This document shows positions 49,330-58,869 of a DNA stretch of 64,000 nt, piece by piece. The notes under the pieces were generated by a model. That model saw nothing but the letters and a program-made list of their open reading frames with translations. It ran no database searches and had not been told where the DNA came from. Both the position numbers and the translations under genes were made by a program. The DNA is from an uncultured virus (IMG/VR IMGVR_UViG_3300026549_000002) (lineage: Duplodnaviria > Heunggongvirae > Uroviricota > Caudoviricetes). Position 1 is the stretch's first letter, and the number at the start of each line of letters is the position of its first letter. The stretch is from the IMG/VR virus record IMGVR_UViG_3300026549_000002; one strand, 5' to 3'.

Positions 49330-50091
49330 TTAGTTAGATGAATATAAATTCTTCATCCAATCTTCAGGCTGTTGTAAATCTTGTGCCCCAGCCAATCTGA
49401 AACTCAAATTCTGGTCGAATTGTTGCTTTAAGCTGAAGCGGTTAAATTCATCAAATAATTGAAAGACAGTATAATTCTTAAATGAATTTATGTCTTTTTG
49501 TTCCCCTACTGCTAATATTGAAATATATCTTGACAAAATTGATTCACTTTGTCCTTCAGAATTTTGACTTTTTATTTCTTTTACTTTTTGGCGGCCGCAT
49601 TTAATTTTATCCACAATTGCTTTTGCGGCGGGATTAGCAGGATTATATTCCCGTTCTCCCTCTGCTTCGCCACCTAGAGAATACATTTTTGCAACAATTT
49701 CTCTAAACTCATCAAAGTTCTCTTGATTTATAATATGATTTACACCATCTATTACTATGGCTATCATATTTGGCATTAATAACACCTTTCCTTCTGGAAA
49801 CATAAGTGTTAATACCATTTCAATATTTACTCGTTGTAATTGAGATGCAGGGTCTTTACGATTATGTAATAAAGACATTAATAATGTAAAATCATCTAAT
49901 TGCTCTATTTGTTTAGCTGCTCCTTCATCTAATGTTAATTTATCCTTACTAAAATTTAAAAAATTAGCACCATTTAAAAAAGCATCCTCTCCAATATAAG
50001 CAATTTCTTGTATTGTTGGCTGATGGATTGTTATTTCAGCAGGAACAAATGGTATATCATTACCCGTTATAAGTAACAATTCATCTACCAT
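49330..50091 (-). CDS. hypothetical tail/neck-module protein
   Basis: ORF in structural operon. Confidence 0.6.
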   Translation of the reverse strand: MVDELLLITGNDIPFVPAEITIHQPTIQEIAYIGEDAFLNGANFLNFSKDKLTLDEGAAKQIEQLDDFTLLMSLLHNRKDPASQLQRVNIEMVLTLMFPEGKVLLMPNMIAIVIDGVNHIINQENFDEFREIVAKMYSLGGEAEGEREYNPANPAAKAIVDKIKCGRQKVKEIKSQNSEGQSESILSRYISILAVGEQKDINSFKNYTVFQLFDEFNRFSLKQQFDQNLSFRLAGAQDLQQPEDWMKNLYSSN

Positions 50092-50729
50092 TATGAGATA
50101 GCCACCTCTCCTATTTGTTCTGTATCTTCAGTGAAGTGTTCTGCTCTATATGATAAAGTATACATTGATATATCTTCATTTAGAACTGCTAAATTGCAAC
50201 CCAAAAACTTATAAGTACCATAACCAGACATTTTAATATTATTACCAGTACTTCTAACAGTTAATTTATTCTTATTCGTTAAAGAATTAAGAATACCATC
50301 TATATAACCTACAATAGCTAAAGGACGAACTTTATAATCATCCAAACACCATTCATCCATATAACAAATAATATCAAAATTAACTGTACAATCTCTAAAT
50401 TCTGGATTACTTCTATTTGGTGAAAAGTTATCAAAAGTAATAAGAATAAAAGAACGAATATCTTCAAATTCTGTTCTTGCGATTTTTGGATTTAATCTAA
50501 TGTATCCCTCTTCAATTAAAGTTCCAAGAGACTTAGAATCAATTAACTTTTGATAATCAGTATTTTCAGTATCTAAACAATCTGGTTTATTAACAACTAA
50601 AAGTCTTTTTAAAATGTCACTATATGGTTTAGAATCAACAAACAATGTTTTAATTATTGTTTCTGTATCTTTATCACAAGAGAGAAAAGAACTGTAAATA
50701 GGCTGTGTCTTAACTAAATCTTTTCTCAT
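50091..50729 (-). CDS. putative tail terminator / neck protein
   Basis: Position before MTP; F...TVNFDIIC..RP pattern. Confidence 0.45.
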   Translation of the reverse strand: MRKDLVKTQPIYSSFLSCDKDTETIIKTLFVDSKPYSDILKRLLVVNKPDCLDTENTDYQKLIDSKSLGTLIEEGYIRLNPKIARTEFEDIRSFILITFDNFSPNRSNPEFRDCTVNFDIICYMDEWCLDDYKVRPLAIVGYIDGILNSLTNKNKLTVRSTGNNIKMSGYGTYKFLGCNLAVLNEDISMYTLSYRAEHFTEDTEQIGEVAIS

Positions 50730-50747
50730 AATTTAACTCCTTGTATC

Positions 50748-52049
50748 TCACAGTGATTTAATAGTAATATGTTTTTTCAAATCACCATATTTTATATCAA
50801 ACCCTTTTCTATATGCTTTTGTAGTTAACACTACAATGTTTAAATCATTATTATCATCAATAGAATAAGAAATGATATTATTATCAGCAATGCTAACTTC
50901 CCACTCTGCGGCGGCAGCACCCTTGGCGCTGAACCTTACCTCATCATAAGGAGCTAATACATCTGGGCCAGTTATCTCACTGTCAGTGGACTGGTCCGCC
51001 GCATTCATCTCTCTTATCTGTTGGTCAGTACTTGTATAAGTTTCCTTAAGTGCAACTCTTATAATACCAGAGTCTGGATTACTTGCGCTACTACTATAAT
51101 TATCATTATAAGCTTGTACTTCCCAACTTTTTCCATTAATAATAACTCTATCAAACCGCTTAAAATAAGCTAATGTATCCGCATCTTTTGTGATGTAAAG
51201 TTTCTTAGTATAGTTCATATCATTCCAAACTACACCTTTCTTTACATTCCACATCAGGGTTTCTTCATTAGGACCAGTCATCCAACCTCTATAGGTCTTC
51301 TCTGACTCAGTTCCATCATCATTAATTACTATAATAGTAATTTCTTCATCAGCTTTTCTAATTTCCCCTCTAAAATAAGCGGTTTCTTCTGAATACTGCA
51401 TATAAACAATCCAATATGTATCTGGAACCCATTCTTCTTTATTGCCATGAATCCATTTAAACACAGTTCCATTATGAAAATTAGTTTCAACCCAATCATC
51501 ATTATCTTGAACTGGATCTATTGATACAGTATTCTCTATAAAAGGAATGGAAATTATCTTATCTTCATAATCAACTTTTAATTTATCATGATTAATTAAA
51601 CATCTAAAATAATCTCCTTCTTTATCAGAAATTATATTATTTAATGCCGCAATATATTCAGCACTAGTTCTTCCAAATTCTGCACCTGCCGCAGCCAACT
51701 CTTCATATTGACTTTCTAAAGCGTCTAAAGTAGCAAGTTGATTTTCTGTCAACTCAATTTGATCTTGGATACTAGTAATAATAGCCACAATAGCTTTTAT
51801 TAGAGCATCATCACTTGCACTATAAGGCTGACATATTGCCGCTTGATAAGAATAATAAAGAGCTTTCCTTAAACCTCTTAACTTATCCTCTCTCATACGA
51901 GTCCATTGGTCATGAACTCTTGTTACTTTTTTATATTTTCCTTTGCCAGATACTTCTGTGCCAGATTCATCGACCCTTTTTACCTCACCATAGTATCCAA
52001 CTCTATTTCGCATATTATTAATACTATCCAACATTTCGATCAATATCAT
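50748..52049 (-). CDS. putative head-closure / neck protein
   Basis: Position in neck region; start uncertain. Confidence 0.45.
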   Translation of the reverse strand: MILIEMLDSINNMRNRVGYYGEVKRVDESGTEVSGKGKYKKVTRVHDQWTRMREDKLRGLRKALYYSYQAAICQPYSASDDALIKAIVAIITSIQDQIELTENQLATLDALESQYEELAAAGAEFGRTSAEYIAALNNIISDKEGDYFRCLINHDKLKVDYEDKIISIPFIENTVSIDPVQDNDDWVETNFHNGTVFKWIHGNKEEWVPDTYWIVYMQYSEETAYFRGEIRKADEEITIIVINDDGTESEKTYRGWMTGPNEETLMWNVKKGVVWNDMNYTKKLYITKDADTLAYFKRFDRVIINGKSWEVQAYNDNYSSSASNPDSGIIRVALKETYTSTDQQIREMNAADQSTDSEITGPDVLAPYDEVRFSAKGAAAAEWEVSIADNNIISYSIDDNNDLNIVVLTTKAYRKGFDIKYGDLKKHITIKSL

Positions 52050-52341
52050 TGAGTAAACTTAAACATTCAAAAATTGTACATCTATAGCGTTCAAAATCAT
52101 TTTGTTCAGTTAACTCAAATAATCCTTCCATCTTACATAATAAGGAAAAGAAGGTTCTATGTTGGCCGATAAGTAACCTATCCATTCCTTTAAGTTCCTC
52201 AAGAAGAGTGTCCAATGGTTTTTCCCAATTGGACCCCTCTTCTCTCATAGGTAATAGTTTATATACTTGATTAATAATACGTTTAATATTATCATGTACA
52301 GCGACTGCTTCAATTTCAATGCCATTTTTAAGTATTACCAT
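52024..52341 (-). CDS. hypothetical protein (105 aa)
   Basis: INQVYKLLPMREE..R.TIFECLSL; overlaps neighbours. Confidence 0.65.
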   Translation of the reverse strand: MVILKNGIEIEAVAVHDNIKRIINQVYKLLPMREEGSNWEKPLDTLLEELKGMDRLLIGQHRTFFSLLCKMEGLFELTEQNDFERYRCTIFECLSLLNDIDRNVG

Positions 52342-52961
52342 TCTTCATCCTCCTCATCAGTAGGATACCAAATAATACCATCGGCAATCCATTCATCATC
52401 GTCGCCCTCTTCATTAACTGGCCAACCATCACCAATTGTCCATCTTCTATCTTCTGGCTCCATAATCTTAGACATAGTAGAATGAAATATTCCATGTCTA
52501 TCTCTGACCCTACGTTTATAAAGTCTTTGTAAATGGAACCCCTCTCTCTCATAATCTTTCTTAAGCATTAATAGCTTTTGCATATGATTTGCTTGAGAGG
52601 TAAATTTAAAATCAGAACCACTATACTTCATGCGAGTATTTTCAATAGAAGCAAGTTGTTGACCAAGCCATTCAACTACCATGTATGTAGCAAGAATATT
52701 AATTTCTTCTGGAATTAATCTTCCCTTAAAAGCGCCTTCCATATAAGTATTACCATTTGCATCAGTTTCCTCATGATGGTTTAACTTATATACAAGCGGC
52801 GTTCTAGGAAATTCAAACTTGTGAACCGCGGTAAGTAGCAGCTCCCTAGCTATCGCCGCAGTTTCTTCTTCAGTTAATTCCATATACATATCATCAGTAA
52901 TTTTAGCATAAAAACTATCATATATTTTTGAGAAGGACGTATATTTTACTTTTTCACTCAT
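52335..52961 (-). CDS. putative head-tail adaptor
   Basis: FSKIYDSFYAKITD..EINILA..DFK..SQANH; position. Confidence 0.55.
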   Translation of the reverse strand: MSEKVKYTSFSKIYDSFYAKITDDMYMELTEEETAAIARELLLTAVHKFEFPRTPLVYKLNHHEETDANGNTYMEGAFKGRLIPEEINILATYMVVEWLGQQLASIENTRMKYSGSDFKFTSQANHMQKLLMLKKDYEREGFHLQRLYKRRVRDRHGIFHSTMSKIMEPEDRRWTIGDGWPVNEEGDDDEWIADGIIWYPTDEEDEEW

Positions 52962-52982
52962 ATTATCCTTCCTTTCGTATAG

Positions 52983-53558
52983 TTATTTATCCTCTATAAC
53001 TTTAACAACCCTACGAGCAGGAGCCTTTTCTTCTTTCTTTTCTTCCATCTTCGGAACTGCTGCTCTTCTCTTGCCATTTTCATGTTCTTTATTAGAACCT
53101 TCATTAGCATTTCTTTCCATTTCAACAGCAAAATCTACATCAAATCCAAGTTTATCTCTAATAACTTCTCTCTTCTGAACATCATTAAGCGGAAGTTCTA
53201 CAGCTAAATCTTTAATCATGTCAAGTACACCAGCAGGTGCAAAATCAAGACAGTCTAAAAATTCATCTAAAGTACCATACTGAAGAAGATACTTTACATT
53301 CTTCTCGCCATAATAATACTCAGGTTCTACTTCACCGAGAAGCTCTTCTACTGCGGCCGCATCATCAAGAACTAAACAATTCTGTAACATATACATACCA
53401 CCAGGAATCCAGGACAGCTTCTGTAGTTCCTCGAAAGTTAGATCCTTAGTCTCGCCAGGCTGAAATTGTCTATTTAAATTTCCTAAATCTGGAATGATAT
53501 AGCCTACACTACCTTTATCCCTATTCGTAACCTTGATAATCTTATCCTTATCTACCAT
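52983..53558 (-). CDS. hypothetical protein downstream of capsid
   Basis: AAGGAG RBS. Confidence 0.7.
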   Translation of the reverse strand: MVDKDKIIKVTNRDKGSVGYIIPDLGNLNRQFQPGETKDLTFEELQKLSWIPGGMYMLQNCLVLDDAAAVEELLGEVEPEYYYGEKNVKYLLQYGTLDEFLDCLDFAPAGVLDMIKDLAVELPLNDVQKREVIRDKLGFDVDFAVEMERNANEGSNKEHENGKRRAAVPKMEEKKEEKAPARRVVKVIEDK

Positions 53559-53595
53559 TATCTTATAACTCCTTTTATCTCCTTAATATATAAAG

Positions 53596-53622
53596 AAAAG
53601 GGGAAGATTAAAAACCTTCCCC
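53596..53622 (-). terminator. hairpin/terminator after major capsid gene
   Basis: GGGGAAG/CTTCCCC stem with A tract. Confidence 0.65.
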
Positions 53623-53647
53623 GTATATATTGTATTTATTCAATCAA

Positions 53648-54688
53648 CTAATTAGTGATTTTAAGACTACTGTTAGTGTATACACAGATACCAGGGTTAA
53701 CCAGAAGAACACCAACACCGAACTTACGGTAAGTCTGGATCTCTCTTGACCAATCCTCTTGGCTCTCAACTTCACGTACAGCAGTTTCGCCCTCAAACGC
53801 AACCTTGACTGGCTTATCGCTACCAGTTGGGATAATGTAAGCCTTAGAAGGATCCATTACCTTAACTGCGTTATCAATGTCTGTGAATGACTGAGGCAGG
53901 ATAATAACATTATGTCCCTTATAAGTAGCATAATATCCAACATCCCAACGCTCTTGCTTCATTTCATTAGAAGCCCATCTGTCATCTGGAATCATTGTTG
54001 CAGCGAACTCAAATGTGCAGTAAATAGTAGACTTACCATAAACATCAGCTGTCTGGATCAGTCTATCCATCTGAGCTTCTACGAAACCAGTTTGGCTAGT
54101 CTTGTTCTTAGCAGTTACCTTAGCAACAGCAGCATCAAGACCCTTAGCGATTTCTCTGTAAACAGCTTCGTCCATACCCTCAAGAATGAGGTCATAAACA
54201 TCACTCATCTGGATTCTGCCATCAAGGAACTCTTCGAATCCAATCTGAGCAGCTCCGCCCCAAGCGCTCGTAGGAATTTCATAAGTATCTCCATCAAGCT
54301 TGAAGACTTCATATCTACCAGCAAGACCAACTCTTGTTACGAAGTTGTTCTTAGCTCTAATTCTGGATTTAGCACTGATTCTTGTTGAGAATACAGGCTT
54401 ATCTCCCTGTGCATATGTCTTAACTTCTGCGAACTGTCCGTAGTTCTGCATAACTCTTGCAGGAAGAATTTCATCAACACCAACCTCGATAAGTTCGAAG
54501 ATGAGGTCTCTGTTTCTTCTATACTCACGGAAGTTAGAAGCAAGTTCATTCATTTCTTTTCTAAATGTCTCATTTAAAGCCTCGAATGTAAGATTCTTTC
54601 CTTCATAAGAGAAGTTAGCAGAAGGATTTAAAGAGGCTTTTGCAGTAGCCTTAGCTAATGCGATTAAATTTGTTCTATCTAAAGCCAT
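53648..54688 (-). CDS. major capsid protein
   Basis: 346 aa; follows protease/scaffold and decoration genes; high-expression codon bias; followed by terminator. Confidence 0.75.
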   Translation of the reverse strand: MALDRTNLIALAKATAKASLNPSANFSYEGKNLTFEALNETFRKEMNELASNFREYRRNRDLIFELIEVGVDEILPARVMQNYGQFAEVKTYAQGDKPVFSTRISAKSRIRAKNNFVTRVGLAGRYEVFKLDGDTYEIPTSAWGGAAQIGFEEFLDGRIQMSDVYDLILEGMDEAVYREIAKGLDAAVAKVTAKNKTSQTGFVEAQMDRLIQTADVYGKSTIYCTFEFAATMIPDDRWASNEMKQERWDVGYYATYKGHNVIILPQSFTDIDNAVKVMDPSKAYIIPTGSDKPVKVAFEGETAVREVESQEDWSREIQTYRKFGVGVLLVNPGICVYTNSSLKITN

Positions 54689-54704
54689 TAATCTCTCTCC
54701 TTTC

Positions 54705-55265
54705 TTACTTTACTCTCTGAATCTTAACACCTGGCTGTCCATCAGGCATTGTGTACTCTTTAACAACCTGGAAGCAAGGAACAGATGCGTTAGCAAGGCT
54801 TGCAGCTTTCTTAAGGTATCCTGTAGTAGCATCTACTTCAAGGTAATCCTTAACGCTTAATGTAAGTCCAGCAACCTCTGCACTATCACTTGTATTTGCT
54901 CCAAATGTATTTGTTGTATAAATATCTCCAATATTTGTTTTGAAAAGTCTTGGATAAATAAAACCATCTGAGAAGTCAGTAGCTCTTAAAACAAAGTCCC
55001 TATGCATTTGCTTACGAGGATCGTAAAGCTTTTCTTCACAATAAACAAGGCACCATTCGCCGTCACCTGTTAATCCTGCAAATCCATCAGCATAGTTATA
55101 TTTTAAAAACTGGCCTTGCTCAAGCTGAGCAATAGCAACCAGCTTACCATCACTTACAGATGCTGCAGGAAGCTGTGCATAAATCTGGCCTGTCTTTTGA
55201 GCAGAAAGATGGTTAGGCTCTACTTGTCCAAAACCGATTCTCTTAATTTGTGCCATATTAGACAA
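54705..55265 (-). CDS. putative capsid decoration / minor head protein
   Basis: GFGQVEPNHLSAQ..GQIYAQLP; YTMPDGQPGVK; position. Confidence 0.55.
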   Translation of the reverse strand: MSNMAQIKRIGFGQVEPNHLSAQKTGQIYAQLPAASVSDGKLVAIAQLEQGQFLKYNYADGFAGLTGDGEWCLVYCEEKLYDPRKQMHRDFVLRATDFSDGFIYPRLFKTNIGDIYTTNTFGANTSDSAEVAGLTLSVKDYLEVDATTGYLKKAASLANASVPCFQVVKEYTMPDGQPGVKIQRVK

Positions 55266-55274
55266 CCCTCCTAA

Positions 55275-56711
55275 TTAATTTCTATTCTGAACTTCTTCAA
55301 CTGATTTTATCCAATCTGGAGTTGAATCGTTCATATCTAAACTAAAAGTAGTAACAGTTTTCTCTGTCATATCTTTATCATTTTTTGATGTATTATCTAA
55401 ATCAAAATTGACCTTTTTTCTATAACAAATTACTGCTAATTTTGCTTCAATATCTTCAAGAGAATAATTTCTCTTATTCTCCATTACGTCTTTCTTATCT
55501 TCATCAGAAAGCATAGAGAACTGAGCAATTAAAGCATCCTTTTCTTTATCTTCTACATCATTTTTGAAAGCAACGAGTTCATTATAAGATTCTTGAAGTG
55601 CAGTATACTTAGCCTCAAGTGCTTCATATTCTGCATCAGTATGAAGTGTGCTGTTTGCAACAGGAGTAGGATCTGATTTCGGTTCAGCATTCTCCTCTTC
55701 TTCCTCTTCTTCTTCTCTTTCTGGAGCACCACCAACTTCGTTACCAAGTTTAGTACGCTCTGTATGAGATTCAGCAGAATCATCTTCTACCTTTACTTCA
55801 AATTTCTTCTTATCTTCGTCATCTTCCTCTTCTTCATCATTTGCATCTTCTTTAGATTCTTCTTGAGCGTCTTCTTGCTCCTCTTCTTCTTTTTTAACAA
55901 ATTCTGAAGAGCTTGATGTATCTTCTGCTTCTTCTTGAGTTTCTGTAAATTCAGTTTGAACGATTTCGTCCTCTGTCTTTACTTCATCTACAATGATATT
56001 AGCATTGTCCACTGTATGCTCTCCTTTCAATGCAAATTCTAAATCCTTCATCATACTATATAAAGTACGGTTAAAGTTTTCATCAAGAGTGAATTTAGGT
56101 GCTGTAACTGCGGCGCCTTCGAAACAAGGCTCAACATCTTCACCTAAAATACAAAGCTTTGACACTACTGCGTCAGTAATAATAAAGAACTCTGCACCGG
56201 TTGCTGAGTTCACACTCCAATGACCATCAAGATGCTCATCGTCTAGTTCCATAGATTGTGGGCGGCCGCCATTCTCTAAAGCTGATTTAGCTTCTGGGAA
56301 CTGCTCTGTCCACAGGTAACCAGTTGTCATAAGATATTCTCTCTCAACAGCATTACCAAAATCATCAAAGTCATTAAACTTTTGGAACCAAACTTCTGCA
56401 TCTGGTGAGACAAAACCATAAGGCTTTGTCAAACAATTAAAATGAATACCATCTGCATCAAGAATTAATTGGTCACCATGGTCTCTGAAGTCCTGCTTAT
56501 CATCACTATAATAACCAACGATAGGAGCGCCGCGTAATGTCTTAGCCATTTCTGTAGCTACATCTTTATTAATATAGCTACCATTACGATTTTCACCTAT
56601 GTAAAATACCTTAATTTCACATTTTGACATTAACGGATTAATATCAAGAGGTTGAAGATTAATGAATTGTGGTGATTCAATCGTCGCTATAGATTTATGT
56701 GGTAAACTCAT
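55275..56711 (-). CDS. prohead protease / scaffold fusion
   Basis: NRNGS, PIVG, QSME, LCILG..VEPCFEGA; acidic linker; C-terminal coiled coil. Confidence 0.7.
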   Translation of the reverse strand: MSLPHKSIATIESPQFINLQPLDINPLMSKCEIKVFYIGENRNGSYINKDVATEMAKTLRGAPIVGYYSDDKQDFRDHGDQLILDADGIHFNCLTKPYGFVSPDAEVWFQKFNDFDDFGNAVEREYLMTTGYLWTEQFPEAKSALENGGRPQSMELDDEHLDGHWSVNSATGAEFFIITDAVVSKLCILGEDVEPCFEGAAVTAPKFTLDENFNRTLYSMMKDLEFALKGEHTVDNANIIVDEVKTEDEIVQTEFTETQEEAEDTSSSSEFVKKEEEEQEDAQEESKEDANDEEEEDDEDKKKFEVKVEDDSAESHTERTKLGNEVGGAPEREEEEEEEENAEPKSDPTPVANSTLHTDAEYEALEAKYTALQESYNELVAFKNDVEDKEKDALIAQFSMLSDEDKKDVMENKRNYSLEDIEAKLAVICYRKKVNFDLDNTSKNDKDMTEKTVTTFSLDMNDSTPDWIKSVEEVQNRN

Positions 56712-56725
56712 TTTCTATCTCCCTC

Positions 56726-58399
56726 TTACATAGACTCTCTATTTGCTAATGTTTTATCCGATTTTTCGTTGTCTGGTTTCTCTGGGCGGCCAGCCTCAGA
56801 GTCACTTGAACTAGAACTTGAGGATCCGTTAGACGAGCCCGCGCCATTCTTGTTTCCATTTCTCTGTGCCAGTGCTTCAGCGTTCATAGTATTTGATGTA
56901 AGTGGAGGAACAAATACGCTGACCAGATCCAGAACATCGTTCTCGAAGTAAGCAGTAGCTAAAATAGAACTTTGAGATTGGCCTAACGCAATCTGAGGTA
57001 ACATCTTTGAGTAACCCATCTGTGCTTGCTCTTTATATAATTTAGCCATCTCTTTGTAATTATAAATCGTAGTAGTTAACACTTGCGCTTTATAATAACA
57101 CTTTCTATCATTCTTATTATAAGGCTCTAATAATAAGTTTAAGAACCCTTCAAACTGTTGAATTAAATTATAAAGCGATGCTTCATCATTAAGAATAGAA
57201 TTATTTAAAGCAGTATTACTATTGCTATTAAATTGCATCTGAGATACACCAGCTTCATTATAAACTGCTCTTTCTACCCTTGTTAAATCATCAGTTTGAG
57301 TAGTATTACTTTTGTCTGACATATCAGCCACATCTACATCAGCAAATGTAGTTAATACATCAATACCTATTGCACGACTCAACATTCTTACTGCATTATT
57401 ATGAAGTGCTTGCGCTTCATCAACATCAAACACTAAATCGCCATTCTTATCTATAGGCATCTTCTGAATAATAATTTTCAGTAATTTTTGAGCCATTCTT
57501 CTTTTGTCAAGGTCCTTCGCTTCATCTAAATCAATAATAGCGAGTATAACTGAAATAAATGGAGGAAAATCCTCACCATTAAGATTAAACTTTATAACAC
57601 TTTTAATATCTAATAGATACCAACCAGATGAATCACCTGGATCAAGCTTTAAAGTACCATCTTTATACGCCTTATATCCTTTTTTAAATTCAGCAGGGAA
57701 TAAATTTAATACTTTTGCCCTCTGCTCACTATTAGAATACATATCGTCAAAGAAAGCCATATTAAATTCTACTGCGGGTCTACCGTTTACACTATATCTA
57801 GACCTACAATAAGCTGGCGGCAGCTCTTGAACAGACATTCTATTGCCATTAGGAATTAAATATCCATAATAGCAACCGAATCTAATAACTTTTAAAGCAA
57901 CATCACCAAAAAATTTCTTTACTTCAAATTCATCAAGATATTTTAATGCTTTAAAAAAGTTTGTAAGTATTTTATTTCTATTATTATTACTTAAGCTAAC
58001 ATCTGCATCTGCTGCAACACCTAAACCGCCATTAATATAAGGTGTTACCACCCAGTCATATCTATATAAATATGCCATATATCTACATAATCTATTATAA
58101 ATACCGCTTGTCTTATAATAGAAATTAGAAATTTCTCTTAATTTTGGTAAGTCTTGGTTTGCAATAGCCTTTAATATATAGCTTTTGGTTCCGAATTGCT
58201 TATTCGCTTTCTTGAAACTACCTAAATCATTAATAGTAGCATCTTGAAGTATCTGCGCACCAACTCGAATTTTAGAAAAAGCATGATTTCCTACTAAAGT
58301 AGGTGATACATCTTCGGTGTTATCACCAACAGCCAAAGGAATATTAAATCCTTTGTTCCTAATCTCTTCAATTCTGTTTATCAAAATAACACCTCTCAC
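56726..58399 (-). CDS. portal protein
   Basis: 557 aa upstream of protease; Ser/Gly tail ending GRPEK; position; start may be slightly downstream. Confidence 0.7.
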   Translation of the reverse strand: MRGVILINRIEEIRNKGFNIPLAVGDNTEDVSPTLVGNHAFSKIRVGAQILQDATINDLGSFKKANKQFGTKSYILKAIANQDLPKLREISNFYYKTSGIYNRLCRYMAYLYRYDWVVTPYINGGLGVAADADVSLSNNNRNKILTNFFKALKYLDEFEVKKFFGDVALKVIRFGCYYGYLIPNGNRMSVQELPPAYCRSRYSVNGRPAVEFNMAFFDDMYSNSEQRAKVLNLFPAEFKKGYKAYKDGTLKLDPGDSSGWYLLDIKSVIKFNLNGEDFPPFISVILAIIDLDEAKDLDKRRMAQKLLKIIIQKMPIDKNGDLVFDVDEAQALHNNAVRMLSRAIGIDVLTTFADVDVADMSDKSNTTQTDDLTRVERAVYNEAGVSQMQFNSNSNTALNNSILNDEASLYNLIQQFEGFLNLLLEPYNKNDRKCYYKAQVLTTTIYNYKEMAKLYKEQAQMGYSKMLPQIALGQSQSSILATAYFENDVLDLVSVFVPPLTSNTMNAEALAQRNGNKNGAGSSNGSSSSSSSDSEAGRPEKPDNEKSDKTLANRESM

Positions 58400-58410
58400 T
58401 TTTTAACTTT

Positions 58411-58439
58411 ATTGTATCAAAATTTTTTAGTTTTGTCCA
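58411..58439 (-). promoter_or_regulatory. SigA-type promoter for portal
   Basis: TGGACA-17 bp-TACAAT with extended TG. Confidence 0.6.
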
Positions 58440-58442
58440 ATT

Positions 58443-58799
58443 TTAATAACCAGCTAAACTAAAAATATAATCATAGTTTATTCGATGCTCATCGGTGTAT
58501 GGGATAGCAATCAGTTTAATGCCATGCTCTTCACAATAAATGCGCTTCCGCATGTCATTAAACTGTTGCTTACGTAATCCTTCATATCCACCAAACTTAC
58601 TTTTAGCTTGGTAATGTTGTATTCCTTGATATTCAATCAAGAAATCTATATCTCCATTGTCATCGAATACACAAAAGTCAAATCTAAGAGGTCTCCCAGA
58701 AGAAGAAACTAAATCTGGAAAAGAATATTCCTCAACGAAATCTACTCCCGCCGCAACAAGAATATCCTCTATTTTAATTTCTCCTCTACTTGCTCTCAT
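58443..58799 (-). CDS. PD-(D/E)XK / Vsr-like endonuclease domain protein
   Basis: SRGE..I; LRFDF; IEYQGIQHY; D..K..YC; LIAIPY. Confidence 0.75.
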   Translation of the reverse strand: MRASRGEIKIEDILVAAGVDFVEEYSFPDLVSSSGRPLRFDFCVFDDNGDIDFLIEYQGIQHYQAKSKFGGYEGLRKQQFNDMRKRIYCEEHGIKLIAIPYTDEHRINYDYIFSLAGY

Positions 58800-58869
58800 T
58801 TTATCTCCTTCTTTTGTGTTTGCTATTGTATTTTTAAAATCAAGTTAATCTAATTTTTGAAAAATGTCC

